In this document: piece by piece, positions 1 through 10,481 of the stretch
Position numbering within the stretch: position 1 is the stretch's first letter
How the letters are laid out: every line of letters starts with the position of its first letter
IMG/VR virus record: IMGVR_UViG_2563367173_000002
Span: 32,001-96,000 of that record
DNA from: a virus
Taxonomy: Duplodnaviria > Caudoviricetes
Reading direction: 5' to 3' (one strand)
DNA length: 64,000 nucleotides
Position numbers and translations under genes: made by a program
Notes under the pieces: model-generated
Told to the model about the DNA's origin: nothing
The model's input: only the letters and a program-made list of their open reading frames with translations
The model's database searches: none

Positions 1-633
1 AACACCCGTATCCTTATCTGCCTTACCTACGCTGTCTTTTGTAAGTAACATTGTTTGAGTAAATCTAGCACAATATTTACTACTATCATCGACCTTAGAG
101 AGTACGACACTATTGATTTCTTTTTTTACCTGTGTCACATCATTGTATGTAGAGTATTTCAAATTGCCTTTGACATTTACAACCATACCTTCTTCCAAGT
201 TGTCCTTGATATAAGCAATCATGTCATAAGGCGAAAGGAATTTCTTATAAAATACTTTTCCACCCTTATCACGTTCCAAGCCAACTGTCAGGAAGCAAAG
301 ATCTCCAACGGATTCAAGAATGGTTTCATCAAATCTGTCATCCCAATCAATAGTAAATTTGTTGTCAAAATCATCTTTTCCATCTTCGCCTTTACCATGA
401 ACATATACTACATTGTCTCTTTCTGCGCCATATCCACCCATCAACTCTGCATATACTGTTCCGCAAGTTTCTCCACAATATACGCCCAAATTGAGACTGT
501 TATAAATCCAATCTGACTTCTCTGACTTCTCATCTGTCTTATAGGTATACTCATTAATCTTTGCCTCACCGATAAGCATGAATGAATTTGACCAGTTCTT
601 CTTTTCTAACACTTTCTTTTCCTTTTTTGCCAT
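1..633 (-). CDS. phage protein, possibly ssDNA-binding (runs off the window start)
   Basis: Missing from the ORF track. SD AGGAGG then ATG at 633, open to base 1 (MAKKEKKVLEKKNWSNSFMLIGEAK...). SSB role is inference. Confidence 0.7.
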   Translation of the reverse strand, partial: MAKKEKKVLEKKNWSNSFMLIGEAKINEYTYKTDEKSEKSDWIYNSLNLGVYCGETCGTVYAELMGGYGAERDNVVYVHGKGEDGKDDFDNKFTIDWDDRFDETILESVGDLCFLTVGLERDKGGKVFYKKFLSPYDMIAYIKDNLEEGMVVNVKGNLKYSTYNDVTQVKKEINSVVLSKVDDSSKYCARFTQTMLLTKDSVGKADKDTGV

Positions 634-938
634 TAAGCAGCATTCCTCCTGTAAAATAAAATTATTAAAATATTTTCAAATTATATATAACATCAACAGC
701 CTTTTCAGACTGGAACATAGAGATTAAATCTATATAAAATCTATGCTAATCAGTGGTTTATGGCTAAATTTTGCGTAATTTAAGCCACGGGTATGCTGTT
801 TACCACCCAAAAACGAATATAACTGTTCAGTTGTAATTATTGGAATTGTCTACGGATAACCGTGCGAATTGTTTACTTGTTACTGCAAGTATTTATAATT
901 TATTATTCTCTATTTTATCAAACCACATATTGATAAAA

Positions 939-1604
939 TTATCTCAACTGACATTTATACGCCAATTTCTTTTCTACCCATCCATCTTTATACTTTATAT
1001 CACAGGATAAATGAAATTCATCATACTGTAGACTAGAAATCTGTGCGTCTTTTTGAATTGAATTACCAAGCATATTAGTTATTGCATGAAAACCTCCTAC
1101 TGCCAATCCATCGTATTCTACATATGCTTGTATGTAATCCTCCCAGCTATCTACAGAAACCATTCGTGATTGATGATCAAAGATTTCGCCTTCCTTTATA
1201 CTCAAATTTGTTTCTATAACCTTTGTTTCTATGTTATTTCTATCTGGATACAAGCCTCTATAGTATGGTCTGATAACCCTTAAAACTAAATCATACAACT
1301 GATTGGTACACATAAAAAATTGAAACCTTCTGCAATCTGTATCTCTTAATAATGCACCAACAATTTCTTGAATCAACCAATCTTTCATTGCTCCCCTATC
1401 AAAGAACGAATTACTTTCCAAATATATATCAACCAAATTAGGAAAATCTTTCTCTCTTTCTGCAAGTTCATACTTATATACTTCTTTATAGGGAACTCCG
1501 TATTCATCAACAGAAGAATCGGTTAAAAGTTTAAATACATTATCCCAACTATTATGTAATATTCGAGACAATTTATCTTTATCATCTTGATTAAGTTTCT
1601 CCAA
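939..1604 (-). CDS. hypothetical phage protein
   Basis: 221-aa ORF, SD GGAGGTG before TTG. Confidence 0.7.
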   Translation of the reverse strand: MEKLNQDDKDKLSRILHNSWDNVFKLLTDSSVDEYGVPYKEVYKYELAEREKDFPNLVDIYLESNSFFDRGAMKDWLIQEIVGALLRDTDCRRFQFFMCTNQLYDLVLRVIRPYYRGLYPDRNNIETKVIETNLSIKEGEIFDHQSRMVSVDSWEDYIQAYVEYDGLAVGGFHAITNMLGNSIQKDAQISSLQYDEFHLSCDIKYKDGWVEKKLAYKCQLR

Positions 1605-1620
1605 TATTTCACCTCCCTCA

Positions 1621-2391
1621 TTACAGAATCCTTATAATTTGCTCATATAAATAGCTACTTCTCTCCCAATGGAAAGTTTTGTTTTGATGAAAATGTCCAA
1701 ACATCCAATGCTTATAATCAACATTCTGCTTAATCTCTTGTAAATAATCAGTCAGTCTATGTCTCTGATATAATCCTGAGCCACCATCCATCTGTCTAAG
1801 CAATGAAGTATATGGACTATGAGTAATGATATAATCTACTTGATTATTCTGCTTTTTAAGATTAGCTAATCCCTCATTCATTTCTTCTTCATTTGGAAGT
1901 TCTCTTTCCCACCAACTTACATGATTAATTCTGTATAAAGCATATGGATTCTTGTCTAACTTTTTCTTCTTCTCTTTGAAGTCCGGATCATCAGGTTCCA
2001 AAATACCTGCAGATATATCATGGCTGCTTGCGCCTCCAAAAGCAAAGAATGACTTATCTTCTATGTCAAATATCTGTCCTCTCATTAGATGAATAACTGA
2101 TGGACGAATGAAATGCACATTTCCTCCGTGCCATTTTTCTATTGGGTAATCATCAAGTCTATCAAAATTATCATGATTGCCATCAACAAATAATGTGGTA
2201 AATGGTTTATTTTCAAGCCAATCTAACCAATACTTCTCAGTTTTATTTTCTCCGCTATAATCCCACACAAGACCAAAATCACCAAGAATAATTACCACAT
2301 CATCTTTTGTCATTTCCTTCTGCTCTGGAAAAATATCTGTTGAAAATCTTTGTGGATTTCCGTGTATATCACCTGTGATCCAAACCGCCAT
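1621..2391 (-). CDS. calcineurin-like metallophosphoesterase
   Basis: GDIHG, GDFG, GNHD, THS and GHFH motifs. Confidence 0.9.
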   Translation of the reverse strand: MAVWITGDIHGNPQRFSTDIFPEQKEMTKDDVVIILGDFGLVWDYSGENKTEKYWLDWLENKPFTTLFVDGNHDNFDRLDDYPIEKWHGGNVHFIRPSVIHLMRGQIFDIEDKSFFAFGGASSHDISAGILEPDDPDFKEKKKKLDKNPYALYRINHVSWWERELPNEEEMNEGLANLKKQNNQVDYIITHSPYTSLLRQMDGGSGLYQRHRLTDYLQEIKQNVDYKHWMFGHFHQNKTFHWERSSYLYEQIIRIL

Positions 2392-2499
2392 AACTACCTC
2401 CTATCTGCTTTCTTTTGCTTTTTCTCTTTCTGTAACTTTGCTTCCTCAGCTAACTTATTCTCTAACTTTCTTGTGATACTTCTCATCTTGCCTACCAGC

Positions 2500-3102
2500 T
2501 TACATGTAATCCCCATATGTATATTTTCTCTTTTTTCTACACTCTTTCGTGTGATAAAAAATGAATATGTAAAATAAATTGTCAATCATATTACCAAATG
2601 TGGCAACACATAACATAATCTCAAAGTTCAAATTTAAGAACATTGCTATTACTGATCCTAAAATAGTTGCAAGTGAAGAAACCGAATTATTGTTGTTATC
2701 AAAATGTTCTCTCTTTTCTTCTGAATTATATCTGATAGCACGTAATTTAACTCCACCACAGCATATATTTCTTGTTATAACAGCAAATACAATAGTATCT
2801 AATAGATAATAAGCAACGATATTTCTTGTTGTAATTGCATATATTGTTGTTAATATTCCAAACACAGTTTCTAACACGCAATATACAGGATAAAAATTAA
2901 ATAGTTTTTCTGACTTATTATTCCATATCCATCCATATACAATAATACTAATACAATTTATAATTTGATTTAGTGCAATTAATGAGTCAGAAGCCACCAT
3001 TATAACCTCTTTGTGTATATACGGATATGTTGATGAATGAAAAATAGTTGTCAAAAATGTTGCCATTAGCATTCCATCAATCGTATACTTCTTTTTATTT
3101 AT
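2500..3102 (-). CDS. hypothetical membrane protein (probable ATA start at 3102; first ATG at 3072)
   Basis: Several hydrophobic segments; strong SD GGAGGAGGTGAGG precedes an in-frame ATA. Confidence 0.6.
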   Translation of the reverse strand: MNKKKYTIDGMLMATFLTTIFHSSTYPYIHKEVIMVASDSLIALNQIINCISIIVYGWIWNNKSEKLFNFYPVYCVLETVFGILTTIYAITTRNIVAYYLLDTIVFAVITRNICCGGVKLRAIRYNSEEKREHFDNNNNSVSSLATILGSVIAMFLNLNFEIMLCVATFGNMIDNLFYIFIFYHTKECRKKRKYTYGDYM

Positions 3103-3210
3103 TCAAACCTCACCTCCTCCAAGTCCACACCATGAAATAAGAATTTCAACTGCCTATCACATCAGTATATAATGTTTATTGTCTTTGCATTATACAATAT
3201 GTTGTATATT

Positions 3211-3606
3211 TTATCTGCTTATCACAACATATATTGTCCATGTAACAAAAATCTGTGCTATGTGTATCCACTGATCCTGAATTAGGTTAATTTTCATCAA
3301 ATTTGCTTTTGCATTATCCGTAATTGTGTGTATCAGCCAATTCATTGTAAATATTACAATAAATAATAGGATATTTAGCTGCAATCCACAAACCACAGAA
3401 TAAATAATGATTGGAATATGGATCATAAAAGTCCAACTAAATGCGTGTTCCACCAACGCCATTATGTAATCATTCTTATACAACGGACTCGGAGCATTTT
3501 GTTCCCACCACTTCTTTTGTTTTGCTGATGCAAGCCAGCCTTGTAAGTAATAGTCATCTACAATGTGACAAAATAGCATACATAAAATTAGAATTGTTTC
3601 TCTCAA
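3211..3606 (-). CDS. DUF3307-like membrane protein
   Basis: HIVDDYYLQ...H...IHTITD...DQWIH pattern, hydrophobic. Confidence 0.7.
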   Translation of the reverse strand: MRETILILCMLFCHIVDDYYLQGWLASAKQKKWWEQNAPSPLYKNDYIMALVEHAFSWTFMIHIPIIIYSVVCGLQLNILLFIVIFTMNWLIHTITDNAKANLMKINLIQDQWIHIAQIFVTWTIYVVISR

Positions 3607-3658
3607 TAATATCTTCTCCTTTTTTATATTTTTGTTCTTGAAAGAACGCTTTCAAGTA

Positions 3659-4450
3659 CTATTTATCAAACCAATAAACATTAGAATTTTCTTTTTTTTC
3701 CTTATGATAGTCGCCAATCCAATGGAACTGTCCATGATCTCTACACCAATCATGACATGCTGACAAAACGTTTGAAAAATTTATCAGATTGGGATTCGAT
3801 ATCAATAACTCCAAATCCATATTTCTAATGGAATCTATTAAGTCTCTCTTGTATACTTCTTCATATGGGATTTTATCGATTATCAAAGTCAAATTATCTT
3901 TATCAAAACTTACTTCTCCGCATGCGAAATAATGCTTTTCTTCATTTACTCCGTCATGGTAACAAGAATATGTCCTATTTTTTAGTTTTTTAATTCTTCC
4001 CACACACATTTTTTCTATAAAATCTACTGCTGGATCAAAAAACTTGCTTTTATCTAATGTATATTTAACTGTATATAATCCGTCTTCTCTTATTTCAAGA
4101 TACTTTGTTCCAGAATACATTTGAATAGGTATTGGATTCTCTTTTACAAGTCCTATCTTCTTTGCATAGGATAGAAGATTTTCATCTTCATCGTGTACTC
4201 CAAATGGAATTCCACAAATAATAGAAAAGGCAGTTCTCGCATCAAGCCAATTACTTTTCATATATAAACTTCCATCTTCTCTAACTCCTACATTATCAGC
4301 TTCACCTTTCTCATAGATTTCTTTCACCTCATCAAGATTAAAATAAAAATCAGATTTACAATCATACCATCCAATTTCAATCCACTGATCTGTCCATCCA
4401 CCCATATAATCAGTCATTACATGTGTATTATCTATAAAATATTTTTTCAT
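3659..4450 (-). CDS. hypothetical phage protein
   Basis: 263-aa ORF with SD AAGGAG. Confidence 0.7.
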   Translation of the reverse strand: MKKYFIDNTHVMTDYMGGWTDQWIEIGWYDCKSDFYFNLDEVKEIYEKGEADNVGVREDGSLYMKSNWLDARTAFSIICGIPFGVHDEDENLLSYAKKIGLVKENPIPIQMYSGTKYLEIREDGLYTVKYTLDKSKFFDPAVDFIEKMCVGRIKKLKNRTYSCYHDGVNEEKHYFACGEVSFDKDNLTLIIDKIPYEEVYKRDLIDSIRNMDLELLISNPNLINFSNVLSACHDWCRDHGQFHWIGDYHKEKKENSNVYWFDK

Positions 4451-4489
4451 TTATCTCCTTTATGCCAAATGAAATTTCGGATTCATCGG

Positions 4490-4804
4490 TTATTCATATA
4501 TTGTGACTGTTTTTGCTACTTTTTGTCGTATCATACGACATTCAACAGTTTCAATAAAAAATGGTGCAACATCAACTTTTTCAATAATAGGAAATTCAGT
4601 CCCACGAATAGTAGCCCATCTTCCATGCCGTTCTAAATCTGATATTGTAACAATACCATGATTATCTTGAAGATATTTTAAATCACAAAGTAAATATTTC
4701 CTGTCATACGAACAATCACCACTATTTTCAAAATTCTTTAAATCCACTACTACAACTGGATAACCATTATCCTTTACTACATCACCTATTTGTGGTATAT
4801 ACAT
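4490..4804 (-). CDS. hypothetical phage protein
   Basis: 104-aa ORF with SD. Confidence 0.65.
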   Translation of the reverse strand: MYIPQIGDVVKDNGYPVVVVDLKNFENSGDCSYDRKYLLCDLKYLQDNHGIVTISDLERHGRWATIRGTEFPIIEKVDVAPFFIETVECRMIRQKVAKTVTIYE

Positions 4805-4819
4805 AATATTTCTCCCTTC

Positions 4820-5299
4820 TTAATCATTGATAATCTCATAAATAATATCATCGTGATATTTTCCATATTTATCTTTAACAGCATCTCTCAGAACGTACTT
4901 AGTGCCACCAAATTTATCACAAAACTTATCGTAATGTTTTTCTATTGGATTACCACCTATCATTCGCCATTCAATTCTATGTAAGTTATACTCATAAATA
5001 AGTTTCTTCAATTCACTATATAAATCTATTCCTACAATTGGATTGCCTCTATCAAAAGAAATTAATCCAAATCTGGAAGCACAAGAATTATACCAATCAA
5101 TATGATAATCAAGATATCCAACTAATTTTTCTTCTGAATTTACAATAGCAAATTGAAATCTTCCTGTTTCGGTTTCTTCTTGAATATTTGGCAACCAATT
5201 ATTTAAACCTCCAGTTTCGTACATCATATCATCCGAATAGTAATATCTTTTAAATGCTTCTTGTATTTCATTTTTCTTTATAATTGCAGGTATTAACAA
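4820..5299 (-). CDS. GNAT-like protein
   Basis: FAIVNSEEKLVGY...LHRIEW...GNP...YDKF pattern resembles RimJ/RimL-type acetyltransferases. Confidence 0.5.
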   Translation of the reverse strand: MLIPAIIKKNEIQEAFKRYYYSDDMMYETGGLNNWLPNIQEETETGRFQFAIVNSEEKLVGYLDYHIDWYNSCASRFGLISFDRGNPIVGIDLYSELKKLIYEYNLHRIEWRMIGGNPIEKHYDKFCDKFGGTKYVLRDAVKDKYGKYHDDIIYEIIND

Positions 5300-5337
5300 T
5301 CAAAAATCACCTCCCATCAAGTCTTGAAACCAAGATT

Positions 5338-5979
5338 CTATCCGATTATGTGTCGAAATTCTTCCATCCTTTTATCTTTAAATAAATAGTTCCCCTCAAT
5401 AATACTAATAATAGATATACATACATTGTTTTGTTCCCAACTTTTATCCCATGAAATATTATCATTAACTCTATAACTCCAATACAACGATATATTCTTT
5501 GGTAAAATTTTTTCAAAAATCATTCCATCCATATCCATATCATCTAAGAAATATTCTTTATAAGGTTTAATTTCTTTGATGAAAAAATCAAAGTACACTT
5601 CAGGCGTAATATTTTTTCCATTATATTGTTTATTAAGTTTTAATAAGAGTGATTTAATTGTTTCTAATTCCCATTTATATAATGTTTCAATTTCTTTATC
5701 ATAGACATCGGCATTTATACAAATTGGATATGATCTTAACAAAGGAAGTTTTTGTATTATTCTATTTTTTTCCAGGTTATTACTGTAAATTTTTAATAAA
5801 TGTGTAACAAAACAACTTTCTATATCTACTCCTTTTTTCTCTAATCTCTTCAGTATACTCTCCTTTGATACTATTTTGTTATTGGTCAAAAATGTCAAAC
5901 AAATATTTTCCAACCATTCAATATAACCATCTTTTTTATCTGTATCTATTTTTACATTTTTCATATTAAATTTCTCCAA
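5338..5979 (-). CDS. hypothetical protein
   Basis: 213-aa ORF bracketed by two junction motifs. Confidence 0.65.
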   Translation of the reverse strand: MEKFNMKNVKIDTDKKDGYIEWLENICLTFLTNNKIVSKESILKRLEKKGVDIESCFVTHLLKIYSNNLEKNRIIQKLPLLRSYPICINADVYDKEIETLYKWELETIKSLLLKLNKQYNGKNITPEVYFDFFIKEIKPYKEYFLDDMDMDGMIFEKILPKNISLYWSYRVNDNISWDKSWEQNNVCISIISIIEGNYLFKDKRMEEFRHIIG

Positions 5980-6002
5980 TTGAAATTAACCTTTTCAATG
6001 GC

Positions 6003-6893
6003 TTATTCATCTTTAAATTCTGTATCCTCAGTAACCATTGCACTATCTATAATCTGAACATAAGTGTTTTCATCAGGAGTAATGACAACGGGTTCCTTAG
6101 TTAATCCCCAAAATGTAAGTTGATTTCCCTCTGCTTTTATTACACTTCCGTCCCATTCCAGTATCTTTGTACTAAGTTTTACCTTTCCAGGAAGTAACGT
6201 AACCACCTTTGCCTCTTTGTCTTTATAATCTATATCCTTAATTCTATCTTCTATTTCTGGATATATCATTTTTACTTTATCAAATATATCTGGCATATAT
6301 CGTTTTAGCTGAGAACAAAATTTAGGAATTTCTTCTCTTTGATAAGATGTAATCTCACCGCCCATCATTGCTCTTGGTCTATATTTTATAAGTTCTACAA
6401 TGAATTCTGGTGTAAAATTTTCTTTCCTGATAATATCTCCATCACCCTTAAAGAAATTTTTTTCTCTAATGGAATTTGAGTAATTGATCAAATGTGGTAA
6501 CGGAAGAAACACATAATCACCAATATAACATAAAAATTTTAAATCTCCTTTGGAATATGCAACATCTCCATACTCATCTTTTCTCTTTCGTATTAAGTCA
6601 CCACATCTTCTTGCAGCTTTTGTATATCCTTCTTCTCTTTTTATTTGTCCATAAGAACAAGAGTGAGCATATAATCCGTTTAACATTGCACACTTATTTC
6701 TTTTGCAAGCATCACAATTTTCTGAATTATTGCAAGTGTAAACCGTGACCCTCTCTCTATCTCTTCTACCAGCTTTAAATAAACTGTTTCGTGGATCATA
6801 ATATGTAAAATTTATTGGAATGTAATTACTAATATCTTTCACCTCTTCTATAATAGAATTTTGCTTAATTTTTATTTTTATATCATTGACCAA
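6003..6893 (-). CDS. hypothetical phage protein, Cys-rich N-terminal part
   Basis: 296-aa ORF; true start uncertain. Confidence 0.65.
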   Translation of the reverse strand: MVNDIKIKIKQNSIIEEVKDISNYIPINFTYYDPRNSLFKAGRRDRERVTVYTCNNSENCDACKRNKCAMLNGLYAHSCSYGQIKREEGYTKAARRCGDLIRKRKDEYGDVAYSKGDLKFLCYIGDYVFLPLPHLINYSNSIREKNFFKGDGDIIRKENFTPEFIVELIKYRPRAMMGGEITSYQREEIPKFCSQLKRYMPDIFDKVKMIYPEIEDRIKDIDYKDKEAKVVTLLPGKVKLSTKILEWDGSVIKAEGNQLTFWGLTKEPVVITPDENTYVQIIDSAMVTEDTEFKDE

Positions 6894-6914
6894 TACACAT
6901 ATGCGTGCTATAAT
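6886..6914 (+). promoter_or_regulatory. sigma-A promoter
   Basis: TTGACC-17 bp-TATAAT with TG extension. Confidence 0.8.
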
Positions 6915-6950
6915 GTATAATTAATATTTCAATTCAAGGAGGTATATTGA

Positions 6951-7127
6951 ATGAAAAACGAATTAAGTTCCGTATTAAATAATGGTATCTTATCAAATCC
7001 TGGAGATGAACTCTACGCACGTATTACCCCCACTGGTCGCAAAGTAATAAAGGTTAAAAAGAATGGGAAAAAAGCTAGTGCGACACAATACAAAAGTGGG
7101 AAAACCGTATATACATTTAGTTCGTAA
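6951..7127 (+). CDS. small basic protein (58 aa), moron
   Basis: Not in the ORF track. Own promoter, SD AAGGAGGT, MKNELSSVLNNGILSNPGDELYARITPTGRKVIKVKK..., own terminator. Confidence 0.75.
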   Translation: MKNELSSVLNNGILSNPGDELYARITPTGRKVIKVKKNGKKASATQYKSGKTVYTFSS

Positions 7128-7147
7128 TTAACAGAATATCTTTATTG

Positions 7148-7182
7148 TTCCTCTAAGCAGTTACGGCTTAGAGGAATTTTTT
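7148..7182 (+). terminator. intrinsic terminator
   Basis: TTCCTCTAAGC-loop-GCTTAGAGGAA followed by a T tract. Confidence 0.8.
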
Positions 7183-7210
7183 ATCCTTTGAAACTCTGGA
7201 TTTATTGTCC

Positions 7211-7690
7211 TTACATATAATCCTTGATCCTATTTTCATTTGAATCAATTAAATATAAATCTTCCAATTTACCATCTTTAGGTAGTGTCCAACTATATCT
7301 GCATGGACGCTCATCAAAAAACTTTTTGATTCTTCTAATAACAATTTCTTCCCAGTACTCATTTAAGGGTTTTACCAACTGAATTGCTAATGAATTACAC
7401 TCATCTGTCATATGATAAAATGTCATCTGTTCCCAATCATCAACATCTTGATATGTTTCCATTAAATATTCGTCTTTTAACTCATAATCATCATAGTAAT
7501 CTTTTCTTTTAGAACTGAATTCCTCTTCCCAAAACAAATCCATTTCATAATCGCCATGAAAATTACCCATTTCCATCTGGACATTATCAAGCGTTCCCAA
7601 GGCATAACTTATTAGTTCTCTTTCAAAATTTCCCGTATAACTGTTTGTCTTTATAATTAATTCATAATTCGGAATCTGTTGCACTCTCAT
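7211..7690 (-). CDS. hypothetical phage protein
   Basis: 159-aa acidic ORF with SD GGAGG. Confidence 0.65.
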   Translation of the reverse strand: MRVQQIPNYELIIKTNSYTGNFERELISYALGTLDNVQMEMGNFHGDYEMDLFWEEEFSSKRKDYYDDYELKDEYLMETYQDVDDWEQMTFYHMTDECNSLAIQLVKPLNEYWEEIVIRRIKKFFDERPCRYSWTLPKDGKLEDLYLIDSNENRIKDYM

Positions 7691-7711
7691 AATTTTTCCT
7701 CCAATATCTGA

Positions 7712-8950
7712 TCATTCAAAATCCATAAATTTCATATCAAAATATTTCTTTGCCAACTCAGGAATATCTTTTTCAACTTGTTTCAAATATCTCATTTCGG
7801 AACATTCTTTTTGGTGCCTTGACTGTTGATATTTAACAAATTCTTTATATGACTTCTTCTTAAATGCAGATGGTTGATTACACCATGCAGCTAGATTTAT
7901 ATATGTACCTCTATATGGAGATTCTTCATATCGGTTAAATCGCATTATATATGGCAAGCACTGATATCTCATCAACAATTCGATCCGTTTCCATAGATCC
8001 CACAAATCTTGCTTCCAAAATTCGTCATCCCATTTATCTTCTCTATCAAACCCACAAAATGTATAAAACTTTGGAATCTTATCTGTGTACTTTCTTAATA
8101 ACTGCAACTTCTTCTCTATCAGGTCATAATCTGCCACATTATCAAACGCAAATATATAATCCCCATCATACTTACTTTTAAAAAGAACCTCACATTTTTC
8201 ATCCGTAAGAAGTCTCTCATCCATGCCTTGCTTATACTGAAATGGTTTTCCAGTAGATTGTAACTCTTCAAAAATCTCTCGCCAATGTGGACTTCCTAGA
8301 ATATTATCATCCAGTAAGCATATTTTCTTTCTTGACGGATCAAGAAATTCACTTAATGGACTATGACAATCTACTTTTTTATAATTACGGTTTACACAAA
8401 ACTCACACTGTCTGAAGCAGCCTCTTGTGGTATAGCCCAAGCTATAGTCAAGATAATACTTAAAATCATTTCTCTTTTTACCACTCTCAATCTGCTCATT
8501 TACCCAATCATCATACAAATGGTAATCTGGCATATGGTGTTCTACTTCTTCAGGAAGTTTAGGAGCCTTGTCATAAAAGAATCCTGTACCTCCATATTCT
8601 ACATTAGATAGAGTCAATAGGTCTTCATCTATTGGCGTATCAGTAAACACTTTAGAAATAAAAACCTTATCAAGCTTTATATTTTCTTCTCTGAAACATG
8701 GTGACATTTTTTCACATAAAATTTTTGAATTTAATTCATCGTGCTTCTTAAACCTCTTTTCATATTCTTCAAGTGCTGATTGATAATCAATCCAAATTGA
8801 TTCATCATAATATAAATCCTTATAATCTGTTATTAGTTTTACATCATGTCCAAACTCTTTGTAATAGCCTGATAACTTCATACAAACTAAATTAGGAAAC
8901 CTATGCTTGTCTCTGCCTATCAGATCTGCATCTATAATTGCTATTTTCAA
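7712..8950 (-). CDS. radical SAM protein (phage type)
   Basis: TTRGCFRQCEFC CxxxCxxC motif, FPNLVCMKLS N-terminus, LLDDN. Confidence 0.8.
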   Translation of the reverse strand: MKIAIIDADLIGRDKHRFPNLVCMKLSGYYKEFGHDVKLITDYKDLYYDESIWIDYQSALEEYEKRFKKHDELNSKILCEKMSPCFREENIKLDKVFISKVFTDTPIDEDLLTLSNVEYGGTGFFYDKAPKLPEEVEHHMPDYHLYDDWVNEQIESGKKRNDFKYYLDYSLGYTTRGCFRQCEFCVNRNYKKVDCHSPLSEFLDPSRKKICLLDDNILGSPHWREIFEELQSTGKPFQYKQGMDERLLTDEKCEVLFKSKYDGDYIFAFDNVADYDLIEKKLQLLRKYTDKIPKFYTFCGFDREDKWDDEFWKQDLWDLWKRIELLMRYQCLPYIMRFNRYEESPYRGTYINLAAWCNQPSAFKKKSYKEFVKYQQSRHQKECSEMRYLKQVEKDIPELAKKYFDMKFMDFE

Positions 8951-9009
8951 TATTATTTAGGAGTAAAGTATACTTTTCTGTCATGACAAACCTCTTTACC
9001 TCCTATGTT

Positions 9010-9726
9010 TTATTTTTTTCTCCACCCTGTAGCCGCCAGTACGCTTCTATACGGTGATTTGCCAAATGTACTTCCCCATTCAGTCATATTTCCTTTAATT
9101 CCTGTATTATACGGATGAACAATCTTATAATTCAAATACGATTCTTCATCTAACATTCCAAGCATTATTAACCCTTCTCTACAGGCAAGTATATCATGCT
9201 GTCTTTTCCCAGGCTTAGAATGATATTTCTCTAATAGTCTTTTCTCATCAGACCAAACACCCAGAAGGGTATTTTTCTCACTATGACATACATTTTTACC
9301 AATTAATATTACATTCTCTATATTCTTACTTTTCAGAACTGAATCTGCTGCAACTACATCACAATTAAAATTGAATGTTCTAATTACCTGCTTATCTTTA
9401 AACTTGTCCAATGGATTTTTTACAATATTGCTACCAACAAAACCACCATTCATGACCAAACAATCTATTTTATGGTTTATCAAATATCTTGCCAACTCAG
9501 TTAATGCTCCACCTACAAATACATATTTTGCAATAGGTGGCATTTTATTAGACACTTTAATTCCCAACTTTTCAAGCTGTTCTTTTCTATTTTTTCCTTC
9601 TGAAGTCTTTGGAAGCGGATCACAAACCACCTCTTGTAAGACACCTTTATCATATAAATATTCCGCAGCAATCACATCATCAACATCTGCATCTAATTCC
9701 GCTATGTATACTACTTCTCTTACTAT
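9010..9726 (-). CDS. nucleoside hydrolase-like protein (probable ATA start at 9726)
   Basis: In-frame extension of track ORF 9010..9675 restores ELDADVDD; also MNGG, FNFNCD..AA and HD motifs. Confidence 0.65.
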   Translation of the reverse strand: MVREVVYIAELDADVDDVIAAEYLYDKGVLQEVVCDPLPKTSEGKNRKEQLEKLGIKVSNKMPPIAKYVFVGGALTELARYLINHKIDCLVMNGGFVGSNIVKNPLDKFKDKQVIRTFNFNCDVVAADSVLKSKNIENVILIGKNVCHSEKNTLLGVWSDEKRLLEKYHSKPGKRQHDILACREGLIMLGMLDEESYLNYKIVHPYNTGIKGNMTEWGSTFGKSPYRSVLAATGWRKK

Positions 9727-9745
9727 AATTAAATCACCATTCTTT

Positions 9746-10003
9746 CTATACTCTTATCACTTCTCCAGTGTCTTTGTCACAAATCATTGCATTCTCACAA
9801 ACTTCTTTCATTACAAATGGATAATTGTTCTGCTTTAATATCTCATTTGCTTCCTTAATAAATTGTCCTCTACTTAATTCTATTTCATTATGAGAATATT
9901 CATCTTCATATTCCCACGTATCAAGATACTGTATATCAAGAAAATTATGTTCTTGTAAATCACTTTTAAACCTTTCTAATTCTTCCATACAAAGTAATGT
10001 CAC
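9746..10003 (-). CDS. hypothetical phage protein (EYEDEYSH motif)
   Basis: 85-aa ORF, SD AAGGAG. Confidence 0.6.
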   Translation of the reverse strand: MTLLCMEELERFKSDLQEHNFLDIQYLDTWEYEDEYSHNEIELSRGQFIKEANEILKQNNYPFVMKEVCENAMICDKDTGEVIRV

Positions 10004-10055
10004 ATTTATTCTCCTTTTTCACCCGATGAAAGCAAAATTTTAAGACTAATATTTT

Positions 10056-10472
10056 CTACAAAAACATTTCTTTTCTTAATATATTCCTGAATGCTAGTGG
10101 ACTATCAATTACATGCTTTGAATATTGAAATCTCTTTAAGAAATCCATAACTTGTTGTGCATCTCCTCGATTAAGTGAAATAAACTTTACATACTCTGGA
10201 TTACCAGCAACACAAACTACCGCCCAACTATGTTCTTCTCCTCTAAAACCTACATCTACACCGACATCACAAATCTGAGTAATTAATTTTCTACATTCCT
10301 CAAGTTCCCTTTGCGAACATTCACAATTCTTTTTTGCCTCAGCAGAAAGAGAATACATTCTACCTGATATTTTAATCCAATTATCAAATTCATTATATTT
10401 TTCTTCCAAAGAAGTAATCCGATTCATTTCATCTGAAAACAGCCATTTCCTAATCTTATCTTTTAACTTCAA
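10056..10472 (-). CDS. hypothetical phage protein
   Basis: 138-aa ORF, SD GAGGTG. Confidence 0.6.
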   Translation of the reverse strand: MKLKDKIRKWLFSDEMNRITSLEEKYNEFDNWIKISGRMYSLSAEAKKNCECSQRELEECRKLITQICDVGVDVGFRGEEHSWAVVCVAGNPEYVKFISLNRGDAQQVMDFLKRFQYSKHVIDSPLAFRNILRKEMFL

Positions 10473-10481
10473 TGATTCACC

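Noticed and set aside
55-516. 153-aa plus-strand ORF, and the many similar plus-strand ORFs overlapping minus-strand genes
   Set aside because: Antisense shadows of real minus-strand genes, with Phe/Ser/Ile-rich composition and no SD
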